From NCBI GenBank assembly GCA_037144045.1, contig JBAWXN010000002.1:54734-118733 (forward strand): a stretch of 64,000 nt of DNA. The letters are read 5' to 3'. This document shows, one piece after another, positions 1-8,375 of this stretch. Below the pieces are notes generated by a model. It saw nothing but the letters and a program-made list of their open reading frames with translations. It was not told where the DNA came from and did no database searches. The DNA comes from a bacterium. Its GTDB lineage: Bacteria; Patescibacteriota; Minisyncoccia; Phycocordibacterales; UBA1006. Both the position numbers and the translations under genes were made by a program. Each line of letters opens with the position of its first letter. The first letter of the stretch is position 1.

Positions 1-441
1 GTTGGCGAAAAACCAACGGTTGCTTTTTTCGAAGGCCGTGAAGCCGTCGAGCAAGTAATTATGGAAATGCTGTACTGCAAGAAAAAACAGGTTGATTCCA
101 TTGTTCCGAAAGAAAACTTCTTCTGGCAAGTAGGTCGCGATTTTGTAAGTAAATTTGTAAATGAACGTCGACGACGAGGTATTCACACGAAAAACATTTG
201 GCAAGTGGAAGTCGAACCTGAACTTATCCATAAATACTACCCAAGCCCGTCTGAGGTTCGGATTGCCCCTGATTCGATGAAAAAGTTTGATAGCACCGTG
301 TTCCTCTATGATGATAAAACACTCTATGTATCGTCAAAGAAAAATGGCTATGCCATCCTTATGACATCCCAGGAACATCACGATACCATGCGCGCTTGGT
401 TCAATGCTATTTGGGCATCAGCACGTGCACACCAAAAATAA
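1..441 (+). CDS. TrmB-like transcriptional regulator, C-terminal part (5'-truncated at window edge; reading frame open from nt 1)
   Basis: Frame-1 ORF continues upstream of nt 1. The C-terminal region (FLYDDKTLYV...MRAWFNAIWASA) aligns with the C-terminal domains of the TrmB-like paralogs at 31014, 48805 and 52061, sharing the FxxxW/IWxAS tail. Confidence 0.45.
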   Translation, partial: VGEKPTVAFFEGREAVEQVIMEMLYCKKKQVDSIVPKENFFWQVGRDFVSKFVNERRRRGIHTKNIWQVEVEPELIHKYYPSPSEVRIAPDSMKKFDSTVFLYDDKTLYVSSKKNGYAILMTSQEHHDTMRAWFNAIWASARAHQK

Positions 442-461
442 TGCGTGCTATACTTATTTGT

Positions 462-1019
462 ATGAAACACTTTAACCTACAACGCACTATTATCGGTTCC
501 TTGCTCACATTTACCATTCTGGTTAGTCCCGTGTTCGCTGCAGCAGCCGTTGATCAAAACCTTGAACTTAAAAAAGAATTTGCGAAAGATGTTCCAACGA
601 GTTATTCAGACGCTATTAAAAATGGGATGAGTGGTAACATTAGCGCAACTGCATCGGTTACCACACCTATAGCACCTGTGGACGCTCAATTTACTTTTTC
701 ACAATCTGATCAAGATCAAGTACGCGTCGTATATATGGGTCACGCATTATTATTTGGGTTCCTCCCAGTACCCATCGAAATAGAAGCAGCAGTTGATGCA
801 TCAGGACAAGTACGCATTGCATTGCCATGGTACCGGTTTGCATTACGATCAGAAGATTCCGCAACGGTTGAAAATAGTATTTCAACAACCATCCAAGCGC
901 AGACGACTCTTCCTTCACCTGACAATACCTTGTCGCAACACGAACAAGACCTCCTTATGAAGATCTTAAAAGACACGCTTCCGCTACACTTTACCCAAGC
1001 AGGACTTATTAATACGTAA
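462..1019 (+). CDS. hypothetical secreted protein (signal peptide)
   Basis: ORF 396..1019. The internal ATG at 462 gives an N-terminus MKHFNLQRTIIGSLLTFTILVSPVFAAAAV, typical of a signal peptide. No recognisable domain. Confidence 0.35.
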   Translation: MKHFNLQRTIIGSLLTFTILVSPVFAAAAVDQNLELKKEFAKDVPTSYSDAIKNGMSGNISATASVTTPIAPVDAQFTFSQSDQDQVRVVYMGHALLFGFLPVPIEIEAAVDASGQVRIALPWYRFALRSEDSATVENSISTTIQAQTTLPSPDNTLSQHEQDLLMKILKDTLPLHFTQAGLINT

Positions 1020-1033
1020 TACCTATTCTTTAT

Positions 1034-1285
1034 ATGGCAACACCCGGCAGTATGGAATTTAAATTCCCCACCAACGATGCAGGTATGTTCGTTTCTCAAG
1101 AAGAACTTACCAAGCAACAAGACGAGCTCAAAATTCAAGAAATTTCAAAACTCACCAAGGCAGTGCCTCATGTGATCAAAAAAGAAGCTGACGGCGAATG
1201 GACCGTAAGCGGATTCACTATTGAAGACTATCTACGCCTTCATGAAGGTAATGATAATAGTGACATGTGGAAACGTAACAAATAG
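1034..1285 (+). CDS. hypothetical small protein
   Basis: 83-aa ORF followed by a strong bidirectional terminator. No motif recognised. Confidence 0.3.
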   Translation: MATPGSMEFKFPTNDAGMFVSQEELTKQQDELKIQEISKLTKAVPHVIKKEADGEWTVSGFTIEDYLRLHEGNDNSDMWKRNK

Positions 1286-1293
1286 AGATACTA

Positions 1294-1323
1294 AAAGGCC
1301 GGTCGCTGCGCGACCGGCCTTTT
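1294..1323. terminator. Rho-independent bidirectional terminator
   Basis: GGCCGGTCGC-tgc-GCGACCGGCC perfect 10-bp GC stem flanked by an A-run and a T-run, between convergent genes. Confidence 0.55.
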
Positions 1324-1338
1324 AGTTATAACAACTAC

Positions 1339-1971
1339 TTATTCCAATTCCACAATAACATCACTCTGCGCAAATCGCATCTTTGGCATAGCCGCAGCGG
1401 TATCATCTGCAGATCTAAATCCAACCCCTGCAATTACTACCGTGGTTAGGTGTTGTTCTGATAATCCTAGGATTGTATCAAATTGCGCCGGATCAAATCC
1501 CTCCATTGGTGCTGCATCAATTGATTCATGAGCCAATGATGTGAGTAATGTTCCGAGTGCAATATAAGCCTGACGTGCTGCCCATTCAGTTACAGCTGCA
1601 GGCGTCATTCCAGAAACCTTTCCTTTAATCATGTCACCATATCCTTTGAGAACATCTTCTGAAATTCCTTTGACTTCCGCAACGTGTTTAATAAATTGAT
1701 CTACGTACGCACTATCAAGGTTGGTAGGCACTGTAAATACTACGAGTTGTGAAGCGTCAGTAATTTGTGGTTGACCGTATCCAGCGGCGCGCAGTTTTTC
1801 ACGTAGTTCAGTATTACTAATAATAAAAAATTTCCATGGTTGTACCCCGAATGATGATGGTGCCAATCGCAATGATTCTTTTACTAGTTCAAATTGTTCG
1901 TTTGATAATTTTTTACTAGCGTCAAAGTGCTTTGTTGCATAACGCCAGTTAAGAGCTTCGATACTGTTCAT
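1339..1971 (-). CDS. NAD(P)H nitroreductase family protein
   Basis: 210 aa. The N-terminus EALNWRYATKHFD and the dimeric nitroreductase-like organisation resemble NfsB/NfnB-type oxygen-insensitive nitroreductases. Confidence 0.7.
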   Translation of the reverse strand: MNSIEALNWRYATKHFDASKKLSNEQFELVKESLRLAPSSFGVQPWKFFIISNTELREKLRAAGYGQPQITDASQLVVFTVPTNLDSAYVDQFIKHVAEVKGISEDVLKGYGDMIKGKVSGMTPAAVTEWAARQAYIALGTLLTSLAHESIDAAPMEGFDPAQFDTILGLSEQHLTTVVIAGVGFRSADDTAAAMPKMRFAQSDVIVELE

Positions 1972-2062
1972 AATAGATACTATATTTTATATTAATAGAA
2001 TACGAGTATACACCCGTTACTTTACTTTGTAAAGTAGTTATATATTATGCTACACTCTCACT

Positions 2063-2290
2063 ATGAACCTTATTCGCGTCAAAGCTTTTCCTGATGCTAA
2101 AAAAGAACACGTCGAGGAAGTATCCCCAAACGTGCTCCGTATATTTATCCGTGAATCCGCAGAACGCAACATGGCGAATCACGCTGTAATAAAGGCAACT
2201 GCAAAATTCTACAACATTCCCGAGAAGAGACTTATTATCAAAACCGACCACCGCGCGCAAAACAAAACCCTCTTGATTCTTGGCTCATAA
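2063..2290 (+). CDS. DUF167/YggU family protein
   Basis: 75 aa. IRVKAFPDAKKEHVEEV...RLIIKTDHRAQNKTLLILG matches the YggU (UPF0235) pattern. Confidence 0.55.
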   Translation: MNLIRVKAFPDAKKEHVEEVSPNVLRIFIRESAERNMANHAVIKATAKFYNIPEKRLIIKTDHRAQNKTLLILGS

Positions 2291-2332
2291 ATGTCTATAC
2301 TGCCACCATTATCCTTAATTAATACTATTCTT

Positions 2333-2872
2333 ATGAACCTTTGGCACGATATTCCACGAGGAAAAGACATTCCTAACGAATTTAATACCATTATTGAAAT
2401 CCCAAAAGGATCTTTCAATAAATACGAAATCGATAAAGAAACCGGGCTTATCGCTCTCGACCGAGCGAACTATTCTGCGGCCCCTTATCCATTCGATTAT
2501 GGATATGTTCCCCAAACCCTGTGGGGTGATGGTGACCCTCTTGATGTCATTCTCCTTACTACCTATCCATTATTCCCAGGAATCTTGGTAAAGGCGCGAC
2601 CTATCGCAGTTATGGATATGACCGATACTGGTGAATCAGATGCAAAAATTATTGCAGTTCCGGTAGACGATAAACGATTCGATGATGTACATGATCTTGC
2701 CGACTTGAATAAGCACAACCTTAAGGAATTCACCCATTTCTGGGAAACCTATAAAGAACTCAAGAAGGGTGAAAAAGGTACGGTTTCTATTAATGGTATT
2801 TACGACAAGGCAACCGCTATTGCAAATATTAACGAAAGTATTAAGTTATACGACGAAAAATACGGGAAATAA
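2333..2872 (+). CDS. ppa: inorganic pyrophosphatase (family I)
   Basis: EIPKGS..KYEID, DGDPLDVIL and DTGESDAKIIAV are classical soluble PPase motifs. The start was chosen at the internal MNLWHDIP because the ORF 2291..2872 has an atypical N-terminal extension. Confidence 0.85.
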   Translation: MNLWHDIPRGKDIPNEFNTIIEIPKGSFNKYEIDKETGLIALDRANYSAAPYPFDYGYVPQTLWGDGDPLDVILLTTYPLFPGILVKARPIAVMDMTDTGESDAKIIAVPVDDKRFDDVHDLADLNKHNLKEFTHFWETYKELKKGEKGTVSINGIYDKATAIANINESIKLYDEKYGK

Positions 2873-2934
2873 CTATTTTCGGTTATCCACAGAGATCCTG
2901 ACAATCAGGGTCTTTTGTGTTATTATAAGAGTAT

Positions 2935-3243
2935 ATGACATTTAAGACCTTTATTGGTGCAACAACCCTTGCTTTAGCCCTTACCGTTCAAGCAGGATTT
3001 GTATACGCAGCAGAACCTGAAACACTCCCTGTTTCAGAAACTGTTACTGTTGCCACCGAACCAACAACCGAAGTAGCTATCACTGCTTCAAGTACTGACC
3101 CGATCGTACTTGCAACAGAAGAACTTGCTTCTCTCAAACTTCGCGAACAAGACCCAGAAACAGGTTCATTCACCAAGTTCCTCCTTCGATTTAAAATCCG
3201 ACAATTGGAAAACCAGTTGAACATTAAAAAAGCACTGAAATAG
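2935..3243 (+). CDS. small secreted Thr/Glu-rich hypothetical protein
   Basis: Signal peptide MTFKTFIGATTLALALTVQAGFVYA, then a low-complexity region. A terminator overlaps the stop codon. Confidence 0.35.
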   Translation: MTFKTFIGATTLALALTVQAGFVYAAEPETLPVSETVTVATEPTTEVAITASSTDPIVLATEELASLKLREQDPETGSFTKFLLRFKIRQLENQLNIKKALK

Positions 3244-3252
3244 TGCTTTTTT
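3226..3252 (+). terminator. Rho-independent terminator
   Basis: AGCACT-gaaat-AGTGCT followed by TTTTTT. Confidence 0.5.
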
Positions 3253-3278
3253 AATTATTTATGTTACAGTAAAACCCT

Positions 3279-4340
3279 ATGTCACAGCCAACAATCACAA
3301 AACTTGAAAAGTCTCGTGTTGAAATTAAAGCAGTAGTTCCTGCTGCAACATTCGACAGTTATAAGCAAAAAGCCCTTGAATCTATTGGAAAAGTTGCAAA
3401 AATTGATGGATTCCGTCCCGGCCATATTCCAGCGAACGTGGTGGAAAAGCACGTAGGTGATGCTGGCATCCTCGATGAAATGGCGCAAATTGCTATCATG
3501 GACGCTTACCCAACCATTCTTACTGAAAATAAGATCGACGCTATTGGGCGCCCAGAAATTCAAATTACTAAAATTGCCATGGGTAACGATTTGGAATTTA
3601 CTGCGACAACCGCAGTGCTTCCTACTGTTGAACTTGCTGACTACAAAAAAATTGCAAAGGAATCAAATAAGTCAGAAACTGAGGTATCAGTAGACGAAAC
3701 CGAAATAAATGCAGCACTTACTGAATTGCGACAAATGCGCGCGCATAACGAACTCCATGAACTAGGTGTTGAACATCACGATCATGACCATACTAAAATT
3801 TCAGAAGAAAGCCTTCCTGAACTTACTGATGATTTTGTAAAAACACTCGGTAAATTCGAAGGGATCGAAGACTTCAAAACTAAACTTCGTGAAAACCTAT
3901 TGAAAGAAAAACAAGCAAAGGAAGTAGAAAAGAAACGAGTAACCCTTATTGATGGCATCATCGATGGATCAACTATCGATTTACCGGACATACTTGTTGA
4001 TTTCGAACTCGATAAAATGATGCAACAATTCGCTCACGACATTTCTATGATGGGAATGACTATGGATGATTACATGAAGCGCATCGAAAAATCTGAAGCT
4101 GACCTTAAAAAGGACTGGTACGATAACGCAGTAAAACGAGCAAAGATGCAGCTCATTCTCGATGAAATTGCCACTCAAGAAAAACTAGCTCCGACCGATG
4201 AAGAAATTCAAGCAGAAGTTGCAAAGATTATGGATATGTATAAAGACGCAAAAGACATTTCGGAAGACCGAGCTCGCGCGTATGTAATGCAAATCCTCAC
4301 TAACGCAAAAGCGTTTGAATATTTGGAAGGATTGAAGTAA
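3279..4340 (+). CDS. tig: trigger factor (short form, apparently lacking a full PPIase domain)
   Basis: N-terminal ribosome-binding signature KIDGFRPGHIP (GFRxGxxP). 353 aa, so shorter than canonical Tig. Conserved tig-clpP synteny. Confidence 0.75.
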   Translation: MSQPTITKLEKSRVEIKAVVPAATFDSYKQKALESIGKVAKIDGFRPGHIPANVVEKHVGDAGILDEMAQIAIMDAYPTILTENKIDAIGRPEIQITKIAMGNDLEFTATTAVLPTVELADYKKIAKESNKSETEVSVDETEINAALTELRQMRAHNELHELGVEHHDHDHTKISEESLPELTDDFVKTLGKFEGIEDFKTKLRENLLKEKQAKEVEKKRVTLIDGIIDGSTIDLPDILVDFELDKMMQQFAHDISMMGMTMDDYMKRIEKSEADLKKDWYDNAVKRAKMQLILDEIATQEKLAPTDEEIQAEVAKIMDMYKDAKDISEDRARAYVMQILTNAKAFEYLEGLK

Positions 4341-4347
4341 TTCCCAC

Positions 4348-4369
4348 CAAATCCCCTAGGGGATTTTTT
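4348..4369 (+). terminator. Rho-independent terminator after tig
   Basis: AAATCCCCTAGGGGATTTTTT hairpin plus T-run. Member of a recurrent AAAATCCCC/GGGGATTTT hairpin family (also at 35561 and 36741). Confidence 0.55.
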
Positions 4370-4374
4370 GGTAC

Positions 4375-4404
4375 TAAAAAACCCGATGCAATTTGCATCG
4401 GGGG
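4375..4404 (-). terminator. Rho-independent terminator of minus-strand gene 4431..4769
   Basis: CCCGATGCAAATTTGCATCGGG hairpin with a T-run on the minus strand. Confidence 0.5.
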
Positions 4405-4430
4405 CGTCATGAATAAACCAATACACTGTA

Positions 4431-4769
4431 TTACAGTGAAGCTTTCTGCAGCTGTTTAGTGTTTGCCTGCGATCCTATAGCGCGTTGTACATATCCGTAC
4501 TTCGCCTCATCGGATTTTACCATGTCGGCTTTAAACGGCATTTTATGCTCCAGCAGTACCTTTCGTGGTACGCGGGCAGTGATCGTATCGCCACTGTTTG
4601 TTACTACATCACACAGCGGGGTACCGATAGTTCCGGCAGTTATTACATGGTCAGAAACAGTATTATTCTGATGCAGACCAATCACTGTTACCACGTGGTG
4701 CTGAGCACAGCTTTGAAGCATTGCTGCAATAATCATTACCATAAAACCGTTGAAGATTGTTTTTTTCAC
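4431..4769 (-). CDS. small secreted/lipoprotein-like hypothetical protein
   Basis: N-terminal hydrophobic segment ending in LQSC (lipobox-like). 112 aa, no known domain. Confidence 0.35.
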   Translation of the reverse strand: MKKTIFNGFMVMIIAAMLQSCAQHHVVTVIGLHQNNTVSDHVITAGTIGTPLCDVVTNSGDTITARVPRKVLLEHKMPFKADMVKSDEAKYGYVQRAIGSQANTKQLQKASL

Positions 4770-4959
4770 GTTATTCGTTTTTAGTTATTGAATTGTTATA
4801 TAAATATATTAGCATAATAATATAGTTTTGTCAAGTATCTATTATGCCTTTAAGTGAACTACGTTACGTGATATACTCCCCTCGGGATACTGATTTCTAC
4901 AACTGACGAACCAACTGACCCCATACTATTACCTCTTATATTCGAACTATTTTACATTT

Positions 4960-5544
4960 ATGTCATACCTCGTACCAACCGTACTCGAAAAAACATCAAT
5001 GGGTGAACGTGCCTATGATATTTATTCACGTTTATTAAAAGAACGTATTATTTTTATTGGTGGCGCGATTGATGCTGAAATTGCAAACCTGATTATTGCG
5101 CAGCTCATCTTCCTTGAAAACGAAGACAATAAAAAAGACATTACCATCTACATCAATTCACCAGGTGGTTCGGTAACTGCTGGAATGGCAATTATCGACA
5201 CGATGCATTTTGTGAAACCTGACGTTTCAACCGTATGTATTGGAATGGCAGCATCAATGGGTGCTATGATCCTTTCTGCAGGAACCAAAGGAAAACGCTT
5301 TATCCTTCCTAATGCGGAAGTGATGATTCACCAACCCCTTGGTGGAACTGAAGGACAAGCATCGGACATTGCTATCGCTGCTGAACATATTTTGAAGACC
5401 AAGAAAACACTCTACGAAATGCTTGCAAAGAACACTGGAAAAACCCTCGCGCAAATTGAAAAAGATGCCGACCGTGATTATTGGATGTCTTCAAGTGAAT
5501 CCGTTAAGTATGGAATTGTTGATAAAACAATTACGAAGCGATAA
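4960..5544 (+). CDS. clpP: ATP-dependent Clp protease proteolytic subunit
   Basis: Near-canonical ClpP sequence: catalytic region GMAASMGA (Ser), IHQPLGG (His), [15 protein letters not shown]. 194 aa. Confidence 0.95.
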   Translation: MSYLVPTVLEKTSMGERAYDIYSRLLKERIIFIGGAIDAEIANLIIAQLIFLENEDNKKDITIYINSPGGSVTAGMAIIDTMHFVKPDVSTVCIGMAASMGAMILSAGTKGKRFILPNAEVMIHQPLGGTEGQASDIAIAAEHILKTKKTLYEMLAKNTGKTLAQIEKDADRDYWMSSSESVKYGIVDKTITKR

Positions 5545-5570
5545 AAAAACCAGCCGAGGCTGGTTTTTTT
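5543..5570. terminator. bidirectional Rho-independent terminator
   Basis: AACCAGCC-gag-GCTGGTT flanked by A7 and T7. Confidence 0.55.
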
Positions 5571-5572
5571 AA

Positions 5573-6028
5573 TTAAACGAATTGTTCAGAAGAAACTTCA
5601 AATGGTTTTTTGCTTTTGTTTTTATACCCATTTACAGTTACCTTATTAAAAGTTATTCGTGGTCCAATTTTAAAAACAACACCAACTTCTCTCAAAGACT
5701 CTGGTATTTGCTCTAGAAAATAGTACCTACTCGTCATTTCTTGTTCTCCAATGCCGTAATCGGTGTACCCCCACGGCACTAATGCAACCTTTTCACCTTC
5801 AAGGTATTTAATTACAAAAATCTTACCTGCGTCATCTGCAGTGAACCGATCTGGATTCATTCGAGAATAGCTTTCACGAGAGAGATCCATCGCAGTGCCG
5901 ACCAGAACACCATACACACATAAACCAACTAGTGTACCGGCGAATCTACTCGCTCCGTCAGAGGTTGTGCAAAAAAGCCATACTAGGAATCCAACGTAGA
6001 GCAGCGTAATAAAAGCAACTTTTTTCAT
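5573..6028 (-). CDS. hypothetical membrane protein
   Basis: ORF 5573..6199 overlaps the upstream gene. The internal start MKKVAFITLLYVGFLVWLF (nt 6028) gives a TM-anchored protein of about 151 aa. Confidence 0.3.
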   Translation of the reverse strand: MKKVAFITLLYVGFLVWLFCTTSDGASRFAGTLVGLCVYGVLVGTAMDLSRESYSRMNPDRFTADDAGKIFVIKYLEGEKVALVPWGYTDYGIGEQEMTSRYYFLEQIPESLREVGVVFKIGPRITFNKVTVNGYKNKSKKPFEVSSEQFV

Positions 6029-6107
6029 GACTATGTTTTGCAACCAAGTTACCAAATAGAACTGAAAAAGTAAATAGTTGTTCAAAAATAAAACACTCTT
6101 GGGTGTT

Positions 6108-6602
6108 TTATTTTTGAAGCATTGATTTAACATAATCCACACACGTTTCCAAACTTTCAAAAGTAGGAATTGCATTACGTTCGCAAACAATATCAACATT
6201 ACCCTTCCTCCAAAATCCTTGAGGGCAAATCATGAGACACTTGCCTTCTTTTGCATGTAACCCAAGTTCAAGGAGTGTAACTGGTGATTTAGTATTGGGA
6301 TCAAAGTAGAAAATAATATAATCAGCCATATCCATTCCATTTAATTCCCACTCTACTTGCTTTTTAAATTCTATATTTTCTATTGATTGTATCCATGATG
6401 GATCCCAAGCATCGCGACGAGGATTAAGCAGAGTTACATCAGTATTGCCGAACAATTGCACAACATGGTCTTGCCATTGTTCTGCTACTCCTTCTTCGAT
6501 ACTCCCTGCGAGGAATATTTTAGGCGATGACACCGTAGGAACCAATTCTGGCGCTTTAAACTGAATCATATTACCAGTTTTCTTGGCGAATTGATTCACC
6601 AA
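6108..6602 (-). CDS. nucleoside 2-deoxyribosyltransferase-like (Rcl/DNPH1-fold) protein
   Basis: PKIFLAGSIEEG...LLNPRR...ADYIIFYFD...TLLELGLH fits the flavodoxin-like N-deoxyribosyltransferase/N-glycosidase superfamily. The start may be the internal MIQFKA, avoiding the overlap with prs. Confidence 0.4.
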   Translation of the reverse strand: MVNQFAKKTGNMIQFKAPELVPTVSSPKIFLAGSIEEGVAEQWQDHVVQLFGNTDVTLLNPRRDAWDPSWIQSIENIEFKKQVEWELNGMDMADYIIFYFDPNTKSPVTLLELGLHAKEGKCLMICPQGFWRKGNVDIVCERNAIPTFESLETCVDYVKSMLQK

Positions 6603-7557
6603 GTTTACTGTTAATAATTACTTGAGCAAGCATAGGCGCAAGTGACACTACTTCAAGTTTTTCAAATTTCTTTTCAGGTGCAATGTAAAGACTGTCAGTT
6701 ACAAACACTTTGGTAAATTTAGAATTCTGAAGAATTTCTGGAGCTTCACCATTAAGCAATGCATGTGATGCTGCCATAATTACTTCCTTTGCGCCATGTT
6801 TTTCAATGAGCGCATTCCCCGCTTTTACAGCAGTACTTCCCGTATCAATCATATCATCATACATAAATACCCGTTTACCCGTTACGTCACCGAAAAATTC
6901 CATGTGTTCAATTTCATTAGGTCCAGATCGATATTTAGAAAATGCTGCATTTCCTGTTCCTACTTTTTTTGCAAATGTACGGCCCTCCTTCACAGCGCCT
7001 TCATCCGGACTACAGATCACCCATTCTTCTGGGTTAAGTGTTTCACCTTGTGATTCTAAATATTTTTTCAAGTAATCCCAGAATAATTTTTTCGTTCCAA
7101 TTTTATCTACGGGCACACTCATAAATCCTTCAATGGCGTTGTTATGCAAATGAACACTGGTTAAGTGACTCATTCCTGCAAGTTCGTACATTTTCCCAAG
7201 CAATGATGCATTAATTGACTCGCGACTGTCCGTGGTTTTGTCTTGGCGTTCATAATAATAATACGGAAGCACTACACTAATGCGTGCTGCACCTGATCTG
7301 CGTAATGCGTCGATATAAAACACGAGTCGTAGTACCTCAGTATCAATTGGGTCTTCCATGGTTGAAATCAGCGCAATGTCTTTACCTCGAACCGAAGTTT
7401 CGATAACGGCTTTTTGTTCTCCGTTTTTAAATGTAACTACCGAGCTTTTAATTTCTTCTACTGATTCGTGTTTTTTACGCAACTCATCGATAATTTTTTT
7501 TGGGAGGTCGTGATCGTTTTGAACACCACACACGTAGATAGTTTCTGGTTTGGTCAT
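6571..7557 (-). CDS. prs: ribose-phosphate pyrophosphokinase (PRPP synthetase)
   Basis: PRPP-binding loop VFMYDDMIDTGSTAV, LPYYYYERQDK and N-terminal Prs fold motifs. 328 aa. Confidence 0.9.
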   Translation of the reverse strand: MTKPETIYVCGVQNDHDLPKKIIDELRKKHESVEEIKSSVVTFKNGEQKAVIETSVRGKDIALISTMEDPIDTEVLRLVFYIDALRRSGAARISVVLPYYYYERQDKTTDSRESINASLLGKMYELAGMSHLTSVHLHNNAIEGFMSVPVDKIGTKKLFWDYLKKYLESQGETLNPEEWVICSPDEGAVKEGRTFAKKVGTGNAAFSKYRSGPNEIEHMEFFGDVTGKRVFMYDDMIDTGSTAVKAGNALIEKHGAKEVIMAASHALLNGEAPEILQNSKFTKVFVTDSLYIAPEKKFEKLEVVSLAPMLAQVIINSKLGESIRQENW

Positions 7558-7570
7558 AAATAATTAATAA

Positions 7571-8275
7571 TTACTTGGTTAATAAATAGCGGTCATATAA
7601 ATGAAGCATGGCAAGGGTTGTAGCGCAGTAGCAATACTTGGTAATGTCTTCGAAAGGTACTACACGAACAACAATATGTTCATATTCTTCTTCAAGTCCC
7701 ATCTTAAGTCCATGGTACGTATCCAGAACTTCTTGGGTCACTTCTTTTTCAACCAGGAACGGATAGATAGCTTCGTTGAGGATTCCAGGTGATAAATAAA
7801 ACGGTTTATCAAGGAGTGGAATAACATCATTCGGAGTAAGTCCTAATCGAGTTACCGCATGCGCTTCTTCTTCGAGTTCACGAAGGATCACTGATTCAGG
7901 CGACGTCTGATCGTCAATAAGACCCGCAACTGATTCCGAAATAGTATTTCCTACGGGAACGCGTGGCTGATCTAAGAGGAGCGCATATTTTTTACCTGCA
8001 CAAGTGAGCACGGTAAGTGCAGACACTGCATAATCACGAATCACCACAATCATTCCCGGGAGTTTACCCGCTGGATGAATAATATCTGCCTTAAGTTTTA
8101 TAAAGAGGATGCGTCCGCTTGGAACTCGATCAACCGATTGAATTTCGATTGCCTCGATAATCCATTCTGGATCAAAGGCGTCGAGCCAATTGGTGAACAG
8201 TAATTCTTGAGATATCGTTGCCGCTTCGATCCCTGTAATAGGAATCACCCGATTGTTTTTGGTGATGGTGTGCAT
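7571..8275 (-). CDS. ADP-ribose pyrophosphatase-like Nudix hydrolase (NudF-like)
   Basis: VAGLIDDQTSPESVILRELEEEAH closely resembles the NudF box PAGLIDEGESVEDVARREAIEEAGL. It sits between prs and nadE in the NAD cluster. Confidence 0.55.
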   Translation of the reverse strand: MHTITKNNRVIPITGIEAATISQELLFTNWLDAFDPEWIIEAIEIQSVDRVPSGRILFIKLKADIIHPAGKLPGMIVVIRDYAVSALTVLTCAGKKYALLLDQPRVPVGNTISESVAGLIDDQTSPESVILRELEEEAHAVTRLGLTPNDVIPLLDKPFYLSPGILNEAIYPFLVEKEVTQEVLDTYHGLKMGLEEEYEHIVVRVVPFEDITKYCYCATTLAMLHLYDRYLLTK

Positions 8276-8375
8276 ATGTGATAAAGTTAAAATACCTGAT
8301 AATCATAGCATGCTTGACTCGCGTCGTGCTATTTGCTATGGTAATTAGTGTACTAATAACACTATATCATATCCT

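Noticed and set aside
691-1138. Antisense ORFs 691..918 and 740..1138 (and many similar 60-120-aa ORFs nested within annotated genes, such as 2209..2418, 3282..3563, 8535..8741, 19352..20089, 41048..41355, 55972..56510)
   Set aside because: They are fully contained within, or antisense to, longer ORFs with recognisable products. They have no independent signals and are typical ORF-track noise.
6571-6602. 32-nt overlap between the 5' end of the deoxyribosyltransferase-like ORF and the 3' end of prs
   Set aside because: Probably an over-extended start call. An in-frame ATG (MIQFKA) at about 6569 removes the overlap. Not treated as a programmed overlap.
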